DNA from: a bacterium
Lineage (GTDB): Bacteria > Patescibacteriota > Minisyncoccia > Minisyncoccales > CG1-02-41-26
Assembly: GCA_030616605.1 (NCBI GenBank)
Contig: JAUWWY010000001.1
Span: forward strand, 4,251-68,250
Reading direction: 5' to 3'
DNA: 64,000 nt
A program made the translations under genes and the position numbers. How positions within the stretch are numbered: position 1 is the first letter of the stretch; every line of letters begins with the position of its first letter. Positions 53,056 to 62,994 of this stretch are shown here, one piece after another. The notes beneath the pieces are model-generated. The model saw nothing but the letters and a program-made list of their open reading frames with translations. It made no database searches and was not told where the DNA came from.

Positions 53056-53135
53056 TATTAAAATAACTACCTTAAGTACTGTTAATTTGCGAACAAAGTG
53101 AGCAAATTAACGGGTGGTGGGTGGGGCTGTGGAAT

Positions 53136-53828
53136 ATGAAAAAGAAATTAGTTATTATTTTAATGGGTCCTCCTGGAGCAGGCAAAGGAAGCCAAGCCGA
53201 ACTTTTAGCTAAAAAGTTAGGTTTATATTATTTTGACACCAGTAAAATTCTTCAACAAGCTTTTAATAATGCCAAAAAAGGAGAATTTGTTAAGATTAAA
53301 GGAAAAAAATATTTTCTTGAAAAAGAAAAAAAATTTGCATCAAGGGGCATCCTTTGTAGTCCTCCTTTTGTCAGTTATTTATTAAAAGAGAAGATAAGAA
53401 AACTTTACAAAATGGGAGAAAATTTAGTTTTCGCTGGTTCACCAAGAACTTTATATGAGGGCAAAGAAGTCATGCCCTTTTTAGAAAAACTTTATCTTAA
53501 AAAAAATATTAAAATTAATTTAATTGAAGTTCCAGCCCGAGAAACAATTTTCAGAAATTCTCACCGAAGAATTTGTCAGTTAATGCGCCATTCAATTTTA
53601 TATTCAAAAGAAACAAAAAACCTTAAACTCTGTCCTTTAGATGGTTCAAAATTAATTAGAAGAGAAGATGATGATCCGGAAGTAATTAAAATAAGACTAA
53701 AAGAATACAAAGAGAGGACTTTTCCCTTAGTTGAATACTTTAAAAAGAGAAGATTAAAAGTTAAAAAAATTAATGGAAAAGGTTCAGTTGCCGCAGTTTT
53801 TAAAAGAGTTTTAAAAGCTCTTCGCTAA
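53136..53828 (+). CDS. adk: Adenylate kinase
   Basis: It has the P-loop GPPGAGKGS and a LID with C...CPLDG. I prefer the ATG at 53136 over the GTG at 53121. Confidence 0.9.
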   Translation: MKKKLVIILMGPPGAGKGSQAELLAKKLGLYYFDTSKILQQAFNNAKKGEFVKIKGKKYFLEKEKKFASRGILCSPPFVSYLLKEKIRKLYKMGENLVFAGSPRTLYEGKEVMPFLEKLYLKKNIKINLIEVPARETIFRNSHRRICQLMRHSILYSKETKNLKLCPLDGSKLIRREDDDPEVIKIRLKEYKERTFPLVEYFKKRRLKVKKINGKGSVAAVFKRVLKALR

Positions 53829-53843
53829 ATTTGGGGCAATCCT

Positions 53844-54587
53844 ATGATAGAAATTAAATCAAAGAAGGAAATTGAAATAATGAAAGAAGGTGGAAAGATA
53901 TTAGCCGGGATTATGGAAGATTTAAAGAAAAGAGTTAAGCCGGGAATTACCACCAAAGAATTAGACAGGGTCGCTGAGACCCTTGTTTTAAAATTTGGAG
54001 TTAAACCTGTTTTCAAGGGTTACGAAGATTTTCCGGCTGCTTTGTGTACTTCAATAAATCAAGTAGTTGTTCATGCTGTTCCTTCTGACTACAAATTAAA
54101 AAAAGGGGATATTTTGTCTTTGGATTTAGGAATTAAATACAAGGATTTTTTTTCTGATATGGCTATAACAGTTCCAGTAGGAGAAATTAACCCCGAAGTT
54201 TTAAGATTAATTAAAACAACCAAAAAAGCTTTAAAATTAGGAATTAAAAAATCAAGAATAGGAAACACTTTTGGTGACATCGGAAACACTATTCAAAGAT
54301 ATGTTGAGTACCAGGGTTTTAATGTTGTCCGGGAACTTTGCGGTCATGGAATTGGCAGAGAACTTCATCAAGACCCCAAAATCCCCAATTATGGAAAAAG
54401 AAGGAAAGGGCCTGAAATTGCCGAAGGTATGGTTTTCTGTCTCGAACCAATGGTTACAATGGGAGACTATAATTTGAAAAAATCAGTTGATGGTTTTGGC
54501 TACGAAACAAAAGACGGTTCCTTAAGTGCTCATTTTGAGCAGACAGTAGCCGTAACCAAAACCGGTCCCTTAGTATTAACTAAATAA
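53844..54587 (+). CDS. map: Methionine aminopeptidase type I
   Basis: It has the metal ligands DLG.../D.A..., GHGIGRELHQDP, and the EPM and HFEQTV motifs. Confidence 0.95.
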   Translation: MIEIKSKKEIEIMKEGGKILAGIMEDLKKRVKPGITTKELDRVAETLVLKFGVKPVFKGYEDFPAALCTSINQVVVHAVPSDYKLKKGDILSLDLGIKYKDFFSDMAITVPVGEINPEVLRLIKTTKKALKLGIKKSRIGNTFGDIGNTIQRYVEYQGFNVVRELCGHGIGRELHQDPKIPNYGKRRKGPEIAEGMVFCLEPMVTMGDYNLKKSVDGFGYETKDGSLSAHFEQTVAVTKTGPLVLTK

Positions 54588-54630
54588 AATTTATTTGTTA
54601 TCTTGAGAAATCTGCTACAATAAACTTAAT

Positions 54631-55668
54631 ATGTCTAAACCAGATATACCTAAACCAAAATCTCCATCAGAATTACGCCTTGACTTAGTCAGTAAAGATT
54701 GGGTTGTTATTGCAACAGGTAGAGCTAAGAAACCTGAAACTTTTAAGAAAGAAAAAAGAGAAGTAATGGAAGAGCCAAAAGCGAGCTGTCCTTTTTGTCA
54801 TATCGATACTCAAGAAAAACCTACTTTAATTTTTTTTAATGGCAAAAGAATAAAAAATTCTAAAACAATTCCAAAAGATTGGACTTTAATTGTTGTTCCC
54901 AATAAATATCCAGCCATTTTACCCGGGGAAAGTTTAAGAGAAAGAGCCGAGGGTCCTTATCAAATCATGGACGGAATAGGTTTTCACGAAGTAGTTGTTA
55001 CCAAAGACCATGTTAAAGATATGTCCCAGTTTTCACCAAAAGAAATTAAAGAGGTAATTGATGCTTATCAAGAAAGATATTTGGAGCTGATGAACGAGAA
55101 ATTTGTCAATTATATTTCTATTTTTCACAATCAGGGTTATGAGGCTGGAGCTTCTATTACTCATCCTCATTCTCAAATAATGGCTATTTCGGTTACTGAC
55201 CCTGATATTCAAAACAGTTTGATTAGCTCTCGTCGTTACTGGGATATTCACCAAAAATGCATTTACTGTAAAATGCTGAAATGGGATAAAGAAGACGGCA
55301 GAAGAATTGTTTTTGAAAATGATGAGTTTATCGCTCTCTGTCCTTTTGCTTCAAGAATGGCTTTTACAGTAAGAATTTATCCCAAGACTCATTTGAGTTA
55401 TTTTGAAAGAACAAATGAAGAACAAAAGTTAGCTCTTTCTGAAGTTTTCCAAGCTGTTTTGTTAAAACTTAGAAAAGGTTTAGGAAATCCGGCTTATAAT
55501 TTCTTTTTAAGAACTTCGCCTTGCGATGGAAAAGATTATTCTCATTTTCATTGGCATTTTGAAATTTTACCAAGAACTTCTATCCAGGCCGGTTTTGAAT
55601 TTGGGGCTGGTATAGAAATTTCAACCATTGAGCCGGAAAAAGCGGCTGAATATTTAAGAACCCAATAA
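54631..55668 (+). CDS. galT: Galactose-1-phosphate uridylyltransferase family (HIT superfamily) protein
   Basis: It has the zinc motif CPFCH and the active site HPHSQ (HxHxQ). The true substrate cannot be inferred. Confidence 0.75.
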   Translation: MSKPDIPKPKSPSELRLDLVSKDWVVIATGRAKKPETFKKEKREVMEEPKASCPFCHIDTQEKPTLIFFNGKRIKNSKTIPKDWTLIVVPNKYPAILPGESLRERAEGPYQIMDGIGFHEVVVTKDHVKDMSQFSPKEIKEVIDAYQERYLELMNEKFVNYISIFHNQGYEAGASITHPHSQIMAISVTDPDIQNSLISSRRYWDIHQKCIYCKMLKWDKEDGRRIVFENDEFIALCPFASRMAFTVRIYPKTHLSYFERTNEEQKLALSEVFQAVLLKLRKGLGNPAYNFFLRTSPCDGKDYSHFHWHFEILPRTSIQAGFEFGAGIEISTIEPEKAAEYLRTQ

Positions 55669-55669
55669 T

Positions 55670-56440
55670 ATGAAACTTATAGTTGCCAATTGGAAAATGA
55701 ACCCAAACAGCCAGAAGGAAGCAATACAGCTTTTTAATTCCTTAAAAAAGAGTTTAAAAAACCTTAAAAAAGCTAAAATTGTTATTTGTCCTCCTTTTGT
55801 TTTTCTTCCTTTATTATTAAAAGCTTCCGCCTTTGCCCTTCGAAAGAGCGGACTCGCCTTTGGCTCACAAAACTGTTTTTGGCAGGAAAAAGGAGCTTTC
55901 ACTGGTGAGATTTCCCCTAAAATGCTTAGAGATTTGGGAGTTGAGTATGTTATTCTCGGACATTCAGAAAGAAGAAAAATATTTGCTGAGACAGATAAAA
56001 TAATAGCTGAAAAATTAAAGCTGAGCTTGGAAACAAATCTCTTTCCGATAGTTTGTGTCGGAGAAACTAAAGAGGAGAAAAAAAGAGGGAAAACCTTTCA
56101 AGTTTTAGAAAAAGAAATAAAAATAGCATTAAAAAAAGTTCCTAAATCAAAAATTAGAAAAGTAATTATCGCTTATGAGCCAATTTGGGCAATTGGTACA
56201 AAAAATTCCTGTTCTCCAGATGAAGTCTTAACTGCTATTTTGTTTATCCGAAAGCTTATTTCAAAACTTTTAGACAAAAAAACAGCTCAAAATATGCGAA
56301 TTCTTTACGGAGGGAGTGTTATTTCTCAAAATGCTGAAGAATATCTTGGAGAAAAAAATATAAACGGATTATTAATTGGTGGAGCTTCTTTAGATGTCAA
56401 AGAATTTCTAAAAATAGTAAAAATTGCCCAAAGTTTTTGA
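55670..56440 (+). CDS. tpiA: Triosephosphate isomerase
   Basis: VANWKMN, GHSERR, YEPIWAIGT, GGAS. Confidence 0.95.
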   Translation: MKLIVANWKMNPNSQKEAIQLFNSLKKSLKNLKKAKIVICPPFVFLPLLLKASAFALRKSGLAFGSQNCFWQEKGAFTGEISPKMLRDLGVEYVILGHSERRKIFAETDKIIAEKLKLSLETNLFPIVCVGETKEEKKRGKTFQVLEKEIKIALKKVPKSKIRKVIIAYEPIWAIGTKNSCSPDEVLTAILFIRKLISKLLDKKTAQNMRILYGGSVISQNAEEYLGEKNINGLLIGGASLDVKEFLKIVKIAQSF

Positions 56441-56473
56441 CTTTTTTAGCGTTTTAATGTAAGGTTAGAGGGT

Positions 56474-56992
56474 ATGATGAATTACCAAAAACTTAATTTT
56501 TATAATCCTAATTTAGGAAAACTCAATTTTAATAAAGTAGTTGAAGAGGTTTTTAATTATATAAATAAGAGACCGGAAAAAATTTATGAAATTGTTGCTG
56601 GTTGTGACTCTTCATCTGATGAGAGACCGGCTTTTCCAATAGCCTTGGTTGTTTTAAGAAAAGGTAAGGGAGGAAGATTCTTTTTAACAAAAGTTAAGTA
56701 CCCCTTGTCTCAAAAAAAGAAATTCTTTAATTTTCATCAAAGAGTTTTAGAAGAAGTTCTTTTATCTTGTGAATTTGCTTTGGCTTTCCGAGAAGCTCTT
56801 CAGCAAAGGGTTGAAAATTCTAAAATTCGTTTAAATTACCAATTCCAGTATATTCACGCTGATGTTGGTATAGGAGGACCAACAAAAGATATGATAAAAG
56901 AGGTGGTTGGTTTGATAAAAAGTAATGGTTTTGAAGCAAAGATAAAACCAGAATCCTTTGCCGCCTCAGTTGTAGCCGACCGTTTCACCTAA
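56474..56992 (+). CDS. DUF458 / YkuK-like (RNase H-like fold) protein
   Basis: It has YEIVAGCDSS near the N-terminus and HADVG later; the family is recalled from memory. Confidence 0.65.
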   Translation: MMNYQKLNFYNPNLGKLNFNKVVEEVFNYINKRPEKIYEIVAGCDSSSDERPAFPIALVVLRKGKGGRFFLTKVKYPLSQKKKFFNFHQRVLEEVLLSCEFALAFREALQQRVENSKIRLNYQFQYIHADVGIGGPTKDMIKEVVGLIKSNGFEAKIKPESFAASVVADRFT

Positions 56993-57101
56993 AAAGGCCA
57001 ATCTTACGAGATTCAAGTGTAATGTCCCGTGGTTTCAATGTCCCGTTGCCTGTCGCGGCGGGCTTTTAAGATAGAAAAATTTATGATAAAATTATTTAAT
57101 T

Positions 57102-58931
57102 ATGACTTCAGAGAAAATTCGGAAGAAATTTTTGGATTTTTTTAAAGAGAAAGAACATAAAATTATTGCTTCGGGTTCTCTGATACCTGATGACCCGACT
57201 TCTCTTTTTACTTCAGCCGGGATGCAGCAGTTTATTTTATATTTAAAAGGAGAAAAAGACCCAATTCAAGATTTTGGCAGCCGACATTTGGCTTCTTGTC
57301 AAAAGTGCTTCCGAACCGCTGATATTGAAAAAGTTGGTGATGAAACTCATCTTACTTTTTTTGAGATGTTGGGAAACTGGTCGGTCGGGGAAGATTCAAA
57401 AATCGGCTATTTTAAAGAAGGGGCAATTAAATTAGCTTTGGAATTTTTCTGCCACAATCTTAAATTAGATAAGAATCGTTTTTGGATAACAATTTTTAAA
57501 GGAGAAAAAGGTATTCCCAGGGATGAGGAATCTTTTTTAATTTGGCAAGAAAATGGAATTCCTGAAGAGAGAATTAGAGAATTTGGAATAGAAGATAATT
57601 TTTGGGGTCCAGTGGTGGAAACCGGTCCCTGCGGACCTTGTTCTGAAATTCATTATGATAGAGGAGAGAGATTTGGCTGCAACAGAGAAGATTGCGGACC
57701 TAATTGTCCAAATTGCCAGCGATTTGTTGAATTATGGAATCTGGTTTTTATGGAATACGAAAGAGTAAAAAAAGAAGATGGCAGTTATAACTATGAAAAG
57801 TTGCCCCAAAAAAACGTTGACACAGGAGTTGGTTTCGAAAGATTAGTGGCAGTTCTCCAGGATAAAAATTCAGCTTATGAAACTGACCTTTTTTTGCCGC
57901 TAATCCAATTAATAGAAAAGAATTCTTTCAAGAAATACCCGGAAAATAAAAAAAGTTTCAGGATTTTAGTTGACCATTTAAGAGCCTCTGTCTTTTTAAT
58001 TTCAGAAGACATTTTGCCCAGTAACTTGGACAGGGGATATGTTTTAAGACGACTTTTACGGAGAATCCAAAGAATAAGTAAGATTTTAGAATTAAAAGAT
58101 GGCTGGGAAGTTGAACCGATAAAATGGATAATTAAAAAATACCAAAAAGTTTATCCGGAATTAAGAGGAAAAGAGAATGATGTTTCGATTGTTATTGAAA
58201 AAGAAAGAGAGAAATTTGAAAAAACCCTTGCTGAGGGATTGAAGCATTTTGAGAAATTAATTGAAAAGAAAACTGAAAAAATTATTAAAGGAGAAGAAGC
58301 TTTTTTCTTATTTGAGAGCTATGGTTTTCCTTTAGAAATAATTGAAGAATTAGCAAGAGAGAAGGGTTTTGAAGTTGATAAATCTGGTTTTAAAGAATCT
58401 TTTAAAGAACATCAAAAGATTTCCCGGGCTGGGGTTGAAAAGAAATTTGGGGGAGTAGGAATTGAACAAATAGAAAAAGAAGAAGACAAGATAAAAGCAA
58501 TCAGATTACATACCGCAACTCACTTACTTCATCAGGCCTTGAGAAAAGTTTTAGGATCGCCAAAGACGATGGTTCAGCAAATGGGTTCTGACATTAATCC
58601 TGAAAGATTAAGATTTGATTTTTCTTTTGAAAAGAAAATGACTTCTGAAGAAATTAAAAAGGTTGAGAATTTAGTTAATCAGAAAATAAAAGGTGATTTG
58701 GAAGTTAAAAAAGAAGAAATGAGTTTGAAACAAGCCTTGGAAATTGGTGCTTTAGCATTTTTTAAAGAGAAATACCCTGAAAAAGTTTTTGTTTATAGTA
58801 TTGGAGATTTTTCCAAAGAAATTTGCAATGGTCCTCATGTTCAGAGAACATCGGAATTAGGGGAGTTCAAAATCAAAAAAGAAGAATCCTCAGGAGCAGG
58901 CATAAGAAGAATTAAAGCAATTTTAAAATAA
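57102..58931 (+). CDS. alaS: Alanine--tRNA ligase, short form (609 aa)
   Basis: It has the class II core FTSAGM...WGP...GPCGPCSEIHYD and editing-site motifs HTATHLLH and CNGPHV. There is no C-terminal C-Ala-type region. Confidence 0.9.
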   Translation: MTSEKIRKKFLDFFKEKEHKIIASGSLIPDDPTSLFTSAGMQQFILYLKGEKDPIQDFGSRHLASCQKCFRTADIEKVGDETHLTFFEMLGNWSVGEDSKIGYFKEGAIKLALEFFCHNLKLDKNRFWITIFKGEKGIPRDEESFLIWQENGIPEERIREFGIEDNFWGPVVETGPCGPCSEIHYDRGERFGCNREDCGPNCPNCQRFVELWNLVFMEYERVKKEDGSYNYEKLPQKNVDTGVGFERLVAVLQDKNSAYETDLFLPLIQLIEKNSFKKYPENKKSFRILVDHLRASVFLISEDILPSNLDRGYVLRRLLRRIQRISKILELKDGWEVEPIKWIIKKYQKVYPELRGKENDVSIVIEKEREKFEKTLAEGLKHFEKLIEKKTEKIIKGEEAFFLFESYGFPLEIIEELAREKGFEVDKSGFKESFKEHQKISRAGVEKKFGGVGIEQIEKEEDKIKAIRLHTATHLLHQALRKVLGSPKTMVQQMGSDINPERLRFDFSFEKKMTSEEIKKVENLVNQKIKGDLEVKKEEMSLKQALEIGALAFFKEKYPEKVFVYSIGDFSKEICNGPHVQRTSELGEFKIKKEESSGAGIRRIKAILK

Positions 58932-58966
58932 AGGTCGAAAAATAAATTATTAGGTTGTTAAATATT

Positions 58967-60103
58967 ATGTCTAAAACATTACAAACAATTATTTGGATTG
59001 TCATTATAGTCGTCATTATCGGAGTAATCTGGTATATCGCCAGTCGTAAACCAGCAGAGGAAGAAGCCATTAAGATTGGTGCGATATTACCTTTAACAGG
59101 AAAAGCAGCAAGTTATGGAGAATCGGCCAAAGTTGCTTTGGATTTGGCTCTGGAAGAAATAAACAAACAAGGTGGAATTAATGGAAGAAATATAGAACTT
59201 ATTTATGAAGACAGCCAAGGGCAACCACAGATGGGGGTAAGTGCAGCAAATAAACTAATTACTTTAGATAAAATCAATATAATTTTAGGACCTGTGATGA
59301 GTTCGGTTACTTTAGCTGTAGCGCCGATTGTAGAAGGGAATAAAGTTATATTAATGACTATCTCATCTGCTCCAGATATTACTTATGCTGGTGATTATGT
59401 TTTTAGAAATAGAGAAAAAACTACTCAGCAGTCTGAAAAAATGGCTGATTTTATATTTAAGATATTAGAAATCAAAGAAATAGCCACGCTTTATATGAAC
59501 GATGATACTGGCAAAGCACATCATTCAACTCTGGTAGAAAATTTTGAGAAATTAGGCGGAGAAGTTTTAATATCAGAGACTTATAATCCAGGGGCAGTTG
59601 ATTTTAGAACTCAGCTTACCAAAATCAAAGCAGTCAATCCTGAAGTTATTCATCTGGCTTCAAAACCAAAAGATGTGGGGATGATTTTAAAACAAGCAAA
59701 AGAATTAGCTATAGAAGCTCAATTCGTTGGGACTTCTGGAAGTGAGGGAGAAGAAGTAATAGAATTAGCAGGTGAAGCAGCCGAAGGATTAGTTTATTCA
59801 GTACCTTCCGGCGATATAACGAAACCAGGAGTAGCTGAGTTTTATGAAAAATACCAAGAAAAACATGAAAAAGGTTATGTGGAAGTGGGAGCTTTATTCT
59901 ATGATTCGTTAAAGATAATAACTATGCTTATGAAAGAATGTGAAAATCCTATTGATACCAATTGTTTAAAAGAAAAGTTATATCAAATTAAAGATTATCA
60001 AGGCGCCAGTGGCAAAACAAGCTTTGATGAATATGGTGATGCAACAAAAACAGTTATTCTCAAAACCATCAAAAACGGTCAGTTTGTGCCATATGAGGAA
60101 TAG
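58967..60103 (+). CDS. ABC transporter substrate-binding protein, LivK/branched-chain amino acid family (paralogue 1)
   Basis: It has a signal anchor, IKIGAILPLTGKAASYGES, a type I periplasmic-binding fold pattern, and ends NGQFVPYEE. Confidence 0.85.
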   Translation: MSKTLQTIIWIVIIVVIIGVIWYIASRKPAEEEAIKIGAILPLTGKAASYGESAKVALDLALEEINKQGGINGRNIELIYEDSQGQPQMGVSAANKLITLDKINIILGPVMSSVTLAVAPIVEGNKVILMTISSAPDITYAGDYVFRNREKTTQQSEKMADFIFKILEIKEIATLYMNDDTGKAHHSTLVENFEKLGGEVLISETYNPGAVDFRTQLTKIKAVNPEVIHLASKPKDVGMILKQAKELAIEAQFVGTSGSEGEEVIELAGEAAEGLVYSVPSGDITKPGVAEFYEKYQEKHEKGYVEVGALFYDSLKIITMLMKECENPIDTNCLKEKLYQIKDYQGASGKTSFDEYGDATKTVILKTIKNGQFVPYEE

Positions 60104-60105
60104 TT

Positions 60106-60969
60106 ATGTTTAGTCAATTATTTATCAATGGTTTAATAGCCGGCGCAATTTATGCTCTGGTGGCATCAGGGTTTTCTTTGATTTACTCAACCTGTAAGTT
60201 TATTCATTTTGCTCACGGAGCTGTAGTAGCAGTCACTGCTTATATTTTGTATTTATTTTTTTCTCTTTTGGGTTTGAATTTTTGGCTGGCCGTGATTTTG
60301 ACAATAATTTTCGCTGGATTTTTCGGCTGGTTGATTAACAAAATTCTTTATAAAAAACTCCGCAAAAGAAAAGCAAGTAATGTAATTTTACTGATTGCCA
60401 GTGTAGGTCTACTTATTTTATTAGAATCATTAATTTTATTGTTTTTTGGCGCTGACGTTAAGACAATCGGATTTATTAAAATAGCCAAGGGTTTAGAATT
60501 TTTAGGAGCTATTATTACGCCACTTCAAATCGTTATTATTATTTCATCTTTTGTTTTACTTTTTTTGTTATTTTTCTTTACAAAAAAAAGCAAAATCGGC
60601 AAAGCAATGCGGGCAGTAGCTGACAATAGGGATGTGGCAGAAATCGTTGGAATTTCTGCTGAAAAAATGTTTTCCTGGAGTTTTATTATAGGAAGTGCAA
60701 TTGCCGGAATAGCTGGCATTTTGGTTGGTTTGGAGCAGAATTTGGAGCCGACTATGGGAACAAATTTGATAATAAAAGGATTCACTGGAGCAATAATCGG
60801 TGGAATTGGTTCAGTGCCCGGAGCTATTTTAGGTTCTTTTTTGCTTGGTTTTTCTGAAAATTTCGGCATCTGGTTTTTACCATCGGGTTATAAGGATGCC
60901 ATTGCTTTTATAATCTTGTTCGTTTTCCTTTTAGCCCGTCCCCAGGGAATTTTGGGAAGAAAAAAATAA
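60106..60969 (+). CDS. livH: Branched-chain amino acid ABC transporter permease (LivH type)
   Basis: It is polytopic, with QLFINGLIAGAIYALVASGFSLIY and the C-terminal ARPQGILG. Confidence 0.88.
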   Translation: MFSQLFINGLIAGAIYALVASGFSLIYSTCKFIHFAHGAVVAVTAYILYLFFSLLGLNFWLAVILTIIFAGFFGWLINKILYKKLRKRKASNVILLIASVGLLILLESLILLFFGADVKTIGFIKIAKGLEFLGAIITPLQIVIIISSFVLLFLLFFFTKKSKIGKAMRAVADNRDVAEIVGISAEKMFSWSFIIGSAIAGIAGILVGLEQNLEPTMGTNLIIKGFTGAIIGGIGSVPGAILGSFLLGFSENFGIWFLPSGYKDAIAFIILFVFLLARPQGILGRKK

Positions 60970-60989
60970 TAGATAAAAGAGCATAATTT

Positions 60990-62108
60990 ATGAATAAAAC
61001 AGCAAAAACAATTTTATGGGTTGTCATTATAGTTATCGTTATTGGAGCAATTTGGTATGGAGTGACTAGAAAACCAACCACAGAAGAAGTGATAAAAATC
61101 GGAGCGATTTTACCTTTAACAGGAAAAAATGCTAGTTATGGTGAGCGGACTCAAAGGGGTATTGAATTAGCATTAGAAGAAGTAAATAAAGAGGAGAAAA
61201 TTATAGAAGTAATCTACGAGGACTCAAGAGGGGATCTTAAAGAAGCTGCTTCTGCTGCTCAAAAATTAATAAATATTGATAAAGTTCAGGTTTTATTTAG
61301 TCAATTAAGTGGGGTATCTCAAGCAATAGCTCCTATTGCTCAAGAAAATAAAATAATACTTTTCGGTTTTACTTCAACTCCTGGATTTACAAAACAGGGA
61401 GATTACATATTTAGTAATAGAGGAGATGCTACAAATATAGGAAAGAGACTTGGAGAATTCGCCATAGAAAAGGAATATAAGAAAGCGGCAATCGTCTATC
61501 TTAATAATGAGACTCATAAAGGAATAGAAGAAGGCTTTAGAGAGATATTTGAGAATAATGATAGAAGTGTTGTAATTTCAGAATTACATGAGAAAACCGA
61601 AACAGATTTCAGAACTATATTGACTAAAATAAAAGCTGCCCAGCCCCAAGTTATTTTATTTTCTTCCAGAGATAAATATGTGGCTATGATGTTAGTTCAA
61701 GCAAGAGAATTAGGACTGGACCAACAAGTGCTTTCTGTCCAGGGTATTGATAGTAAATCCTTTTTAGAGATTGCCCAACATACTGCAGAAGGTATTATCT
61801 ATGCTCAAACAATTGTTTATGAAGATATCACCAATCCAGAACTTCAAGAGACACTAAAAGAACATCAAAACAGATATGGAGAACCCATGAGTCTCTATGC
61901 CGCTAATAGTTATGACGTTGTAAAACTTTTAGCTAAGATTGTAAAAACAGGAATTAAAACATCCCCAGCGATAAAAATTGCCTTACTGGAAACCAGGGAT
62001 TTTCCAGGGATATCAGGGGACATCACCTTTGACGAAACCGGAAATGTCCATAAAGAAAATAAATTATTTACTGTTAAAAATGGCCAGTTTGTTCCCTATG
62101 AGGAGTAA
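60990..62108 (+). CDS. ABC transporter substrate-binding protein, LivK family (paralogue 2)
   Basis: It has IKIGAILPLTGKNASYGE and ends NGQFVPYEE. It lies between the two permease genes. Confidence 0.85.
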   Translation: MNKTAKTILWVVIIVIVIGAIWYGVTRKPTTEEVIKIGAILPLTGKNASYGERTQRGIELALEEVNKEEKIIEVIYEDSRGDLKEAASAAQKLINIDKVQVLFSQLSGVSQAIAPIAQENKIILFGFTSTPGFTKQGDYIFSNRGDATNIGKRLGEFAIEKEYKKAAIVYLNNETHKGIEEGFREIFENNDRSVVISELHEKTETDFRTILTKIKAAQPQVILFSSRDKYVAMMLVQARELGLDQQVLSVQGIDSKSFLEIAQHTAEGIIYAQTIVYEDITNPELQETLKEHQNRYGEPMSLYAANSYDVVKLLAKIVKTGIKTSPAIKIALLETRDFPGISGDITFDETGNVHKENKLFTVKNGQFVPYEE

Positions 62109-62120
62109 ATCACTATTATT

Positions 62121-62993
62121 ATGATTTCTGCTTATTTTATTCATCTTTTAATTTTAATCGGAATTTATTTGATTTTAGCAATTTCTTTACAGCTATCCGT
62201 TGGTTTTACCGGACTTTTAAATTTAGGTCATATTGCTTTTTATTGTGTTGGAGCTTATGCTTCTGCTTTACTTGCTTTAAACGGTTTTCCTTTTTGGATT
62301 TATTTTTTAGCAGCGGGTTTTTTGGCAATGATTTTTGGTTTTTTATTAAGCATCCCAACCAAAAAACTTAAGGGCGATTATTTAGCTCTTGCTACCTTGG
62401 GGTTTTCTTTTGTTATTTATGCTGTGGCTCTGAACTGGACAGGTTTAACCAGAGGACCTTTAGGGCTCCCTGGCATTCCAAGACCAACTCTCTTTGGTTT
62501 CACTTTTTCAGATAATGTTAGTTTTTTAATTTTAACTTTTATCATTGTTTTAATTTCTTATTTAATAATTAAAAAAATCACCATCTCTCCCTTTGGTAAG
62601 GTTTTGGAAGCAACCAGAGATGATGAATTAGCAACCAGGGTTTTGGGAAAAAATACTTTCAAAATGAAAAGTATTTCTTTAGCGACATCTGCTTTTTTCG
62701 CTGGTCTTGCCGGAAGCTTGTATGCTTCTTATATAACTTTCATTGACCCCTCATCTTTTACCTTGCTACAGCTAATTCCGGTTTTATGTATTGTCATTAT
62801 TGGTGGATTAGCTTCTTTAAAAGGAACTATCATTGCCACCATAATTTTGGTTTTATTGCCAGAACCCTTGCGATTTATAGGTTTTCCCTCATCAATTGTC
62901 GGCCCGGCAAGACAGATAATTTATGGTTTAATCTTGCTTTTAATCCTCGTTTATAGACCCAAAGGATTTTACGGTAAAGTAGAATTAGAATGA
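62121..62993 (+). CDS. livM: Branched-chain amino acid ABC transporter permease (LivM type)
   Basis: It is polytopic, with GLLNLGHIAFYCVGAY and the C-terminal YRPKGFYG. Confidence 0.88.
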   Translation: MISAYFIHLLILIGIYLILAISLQLSVGFTGLLNLGHIAFYCVGAYASALLALNGFPFWIYFLAAGFLAMIFGFLLSIPTKKLKGDYLALATLGFSFVIYAVALNWTGLTRGPLGLPGIPRPTLFGFTFSDNVSFLILTFIIVLISYLIIKKITISPFGKVLEATRDDELATRVLGKNTFKMKSISLATSAFFAGLAGSLYASYITFIDPSSFTLLQLIPVLCIVIIGGLASLKGTIIATIILVLLPEPLRFIGFPSSIVGPARQIIYGLILLLILVYRPKGFYGKVELE

Positions 62994-62994
62994 A

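Noticed and set aside
56993-57101. T-box or other leader upstream of alaS
   Set aside because: There are only ~110 nt, which contain a tandem aatgtcccgt repeat and a terminator-like hairpin (cccgttgc/gcggcggg + ctttt) belonging to the upstream gene. This is too short and lacks a T-box consensus.
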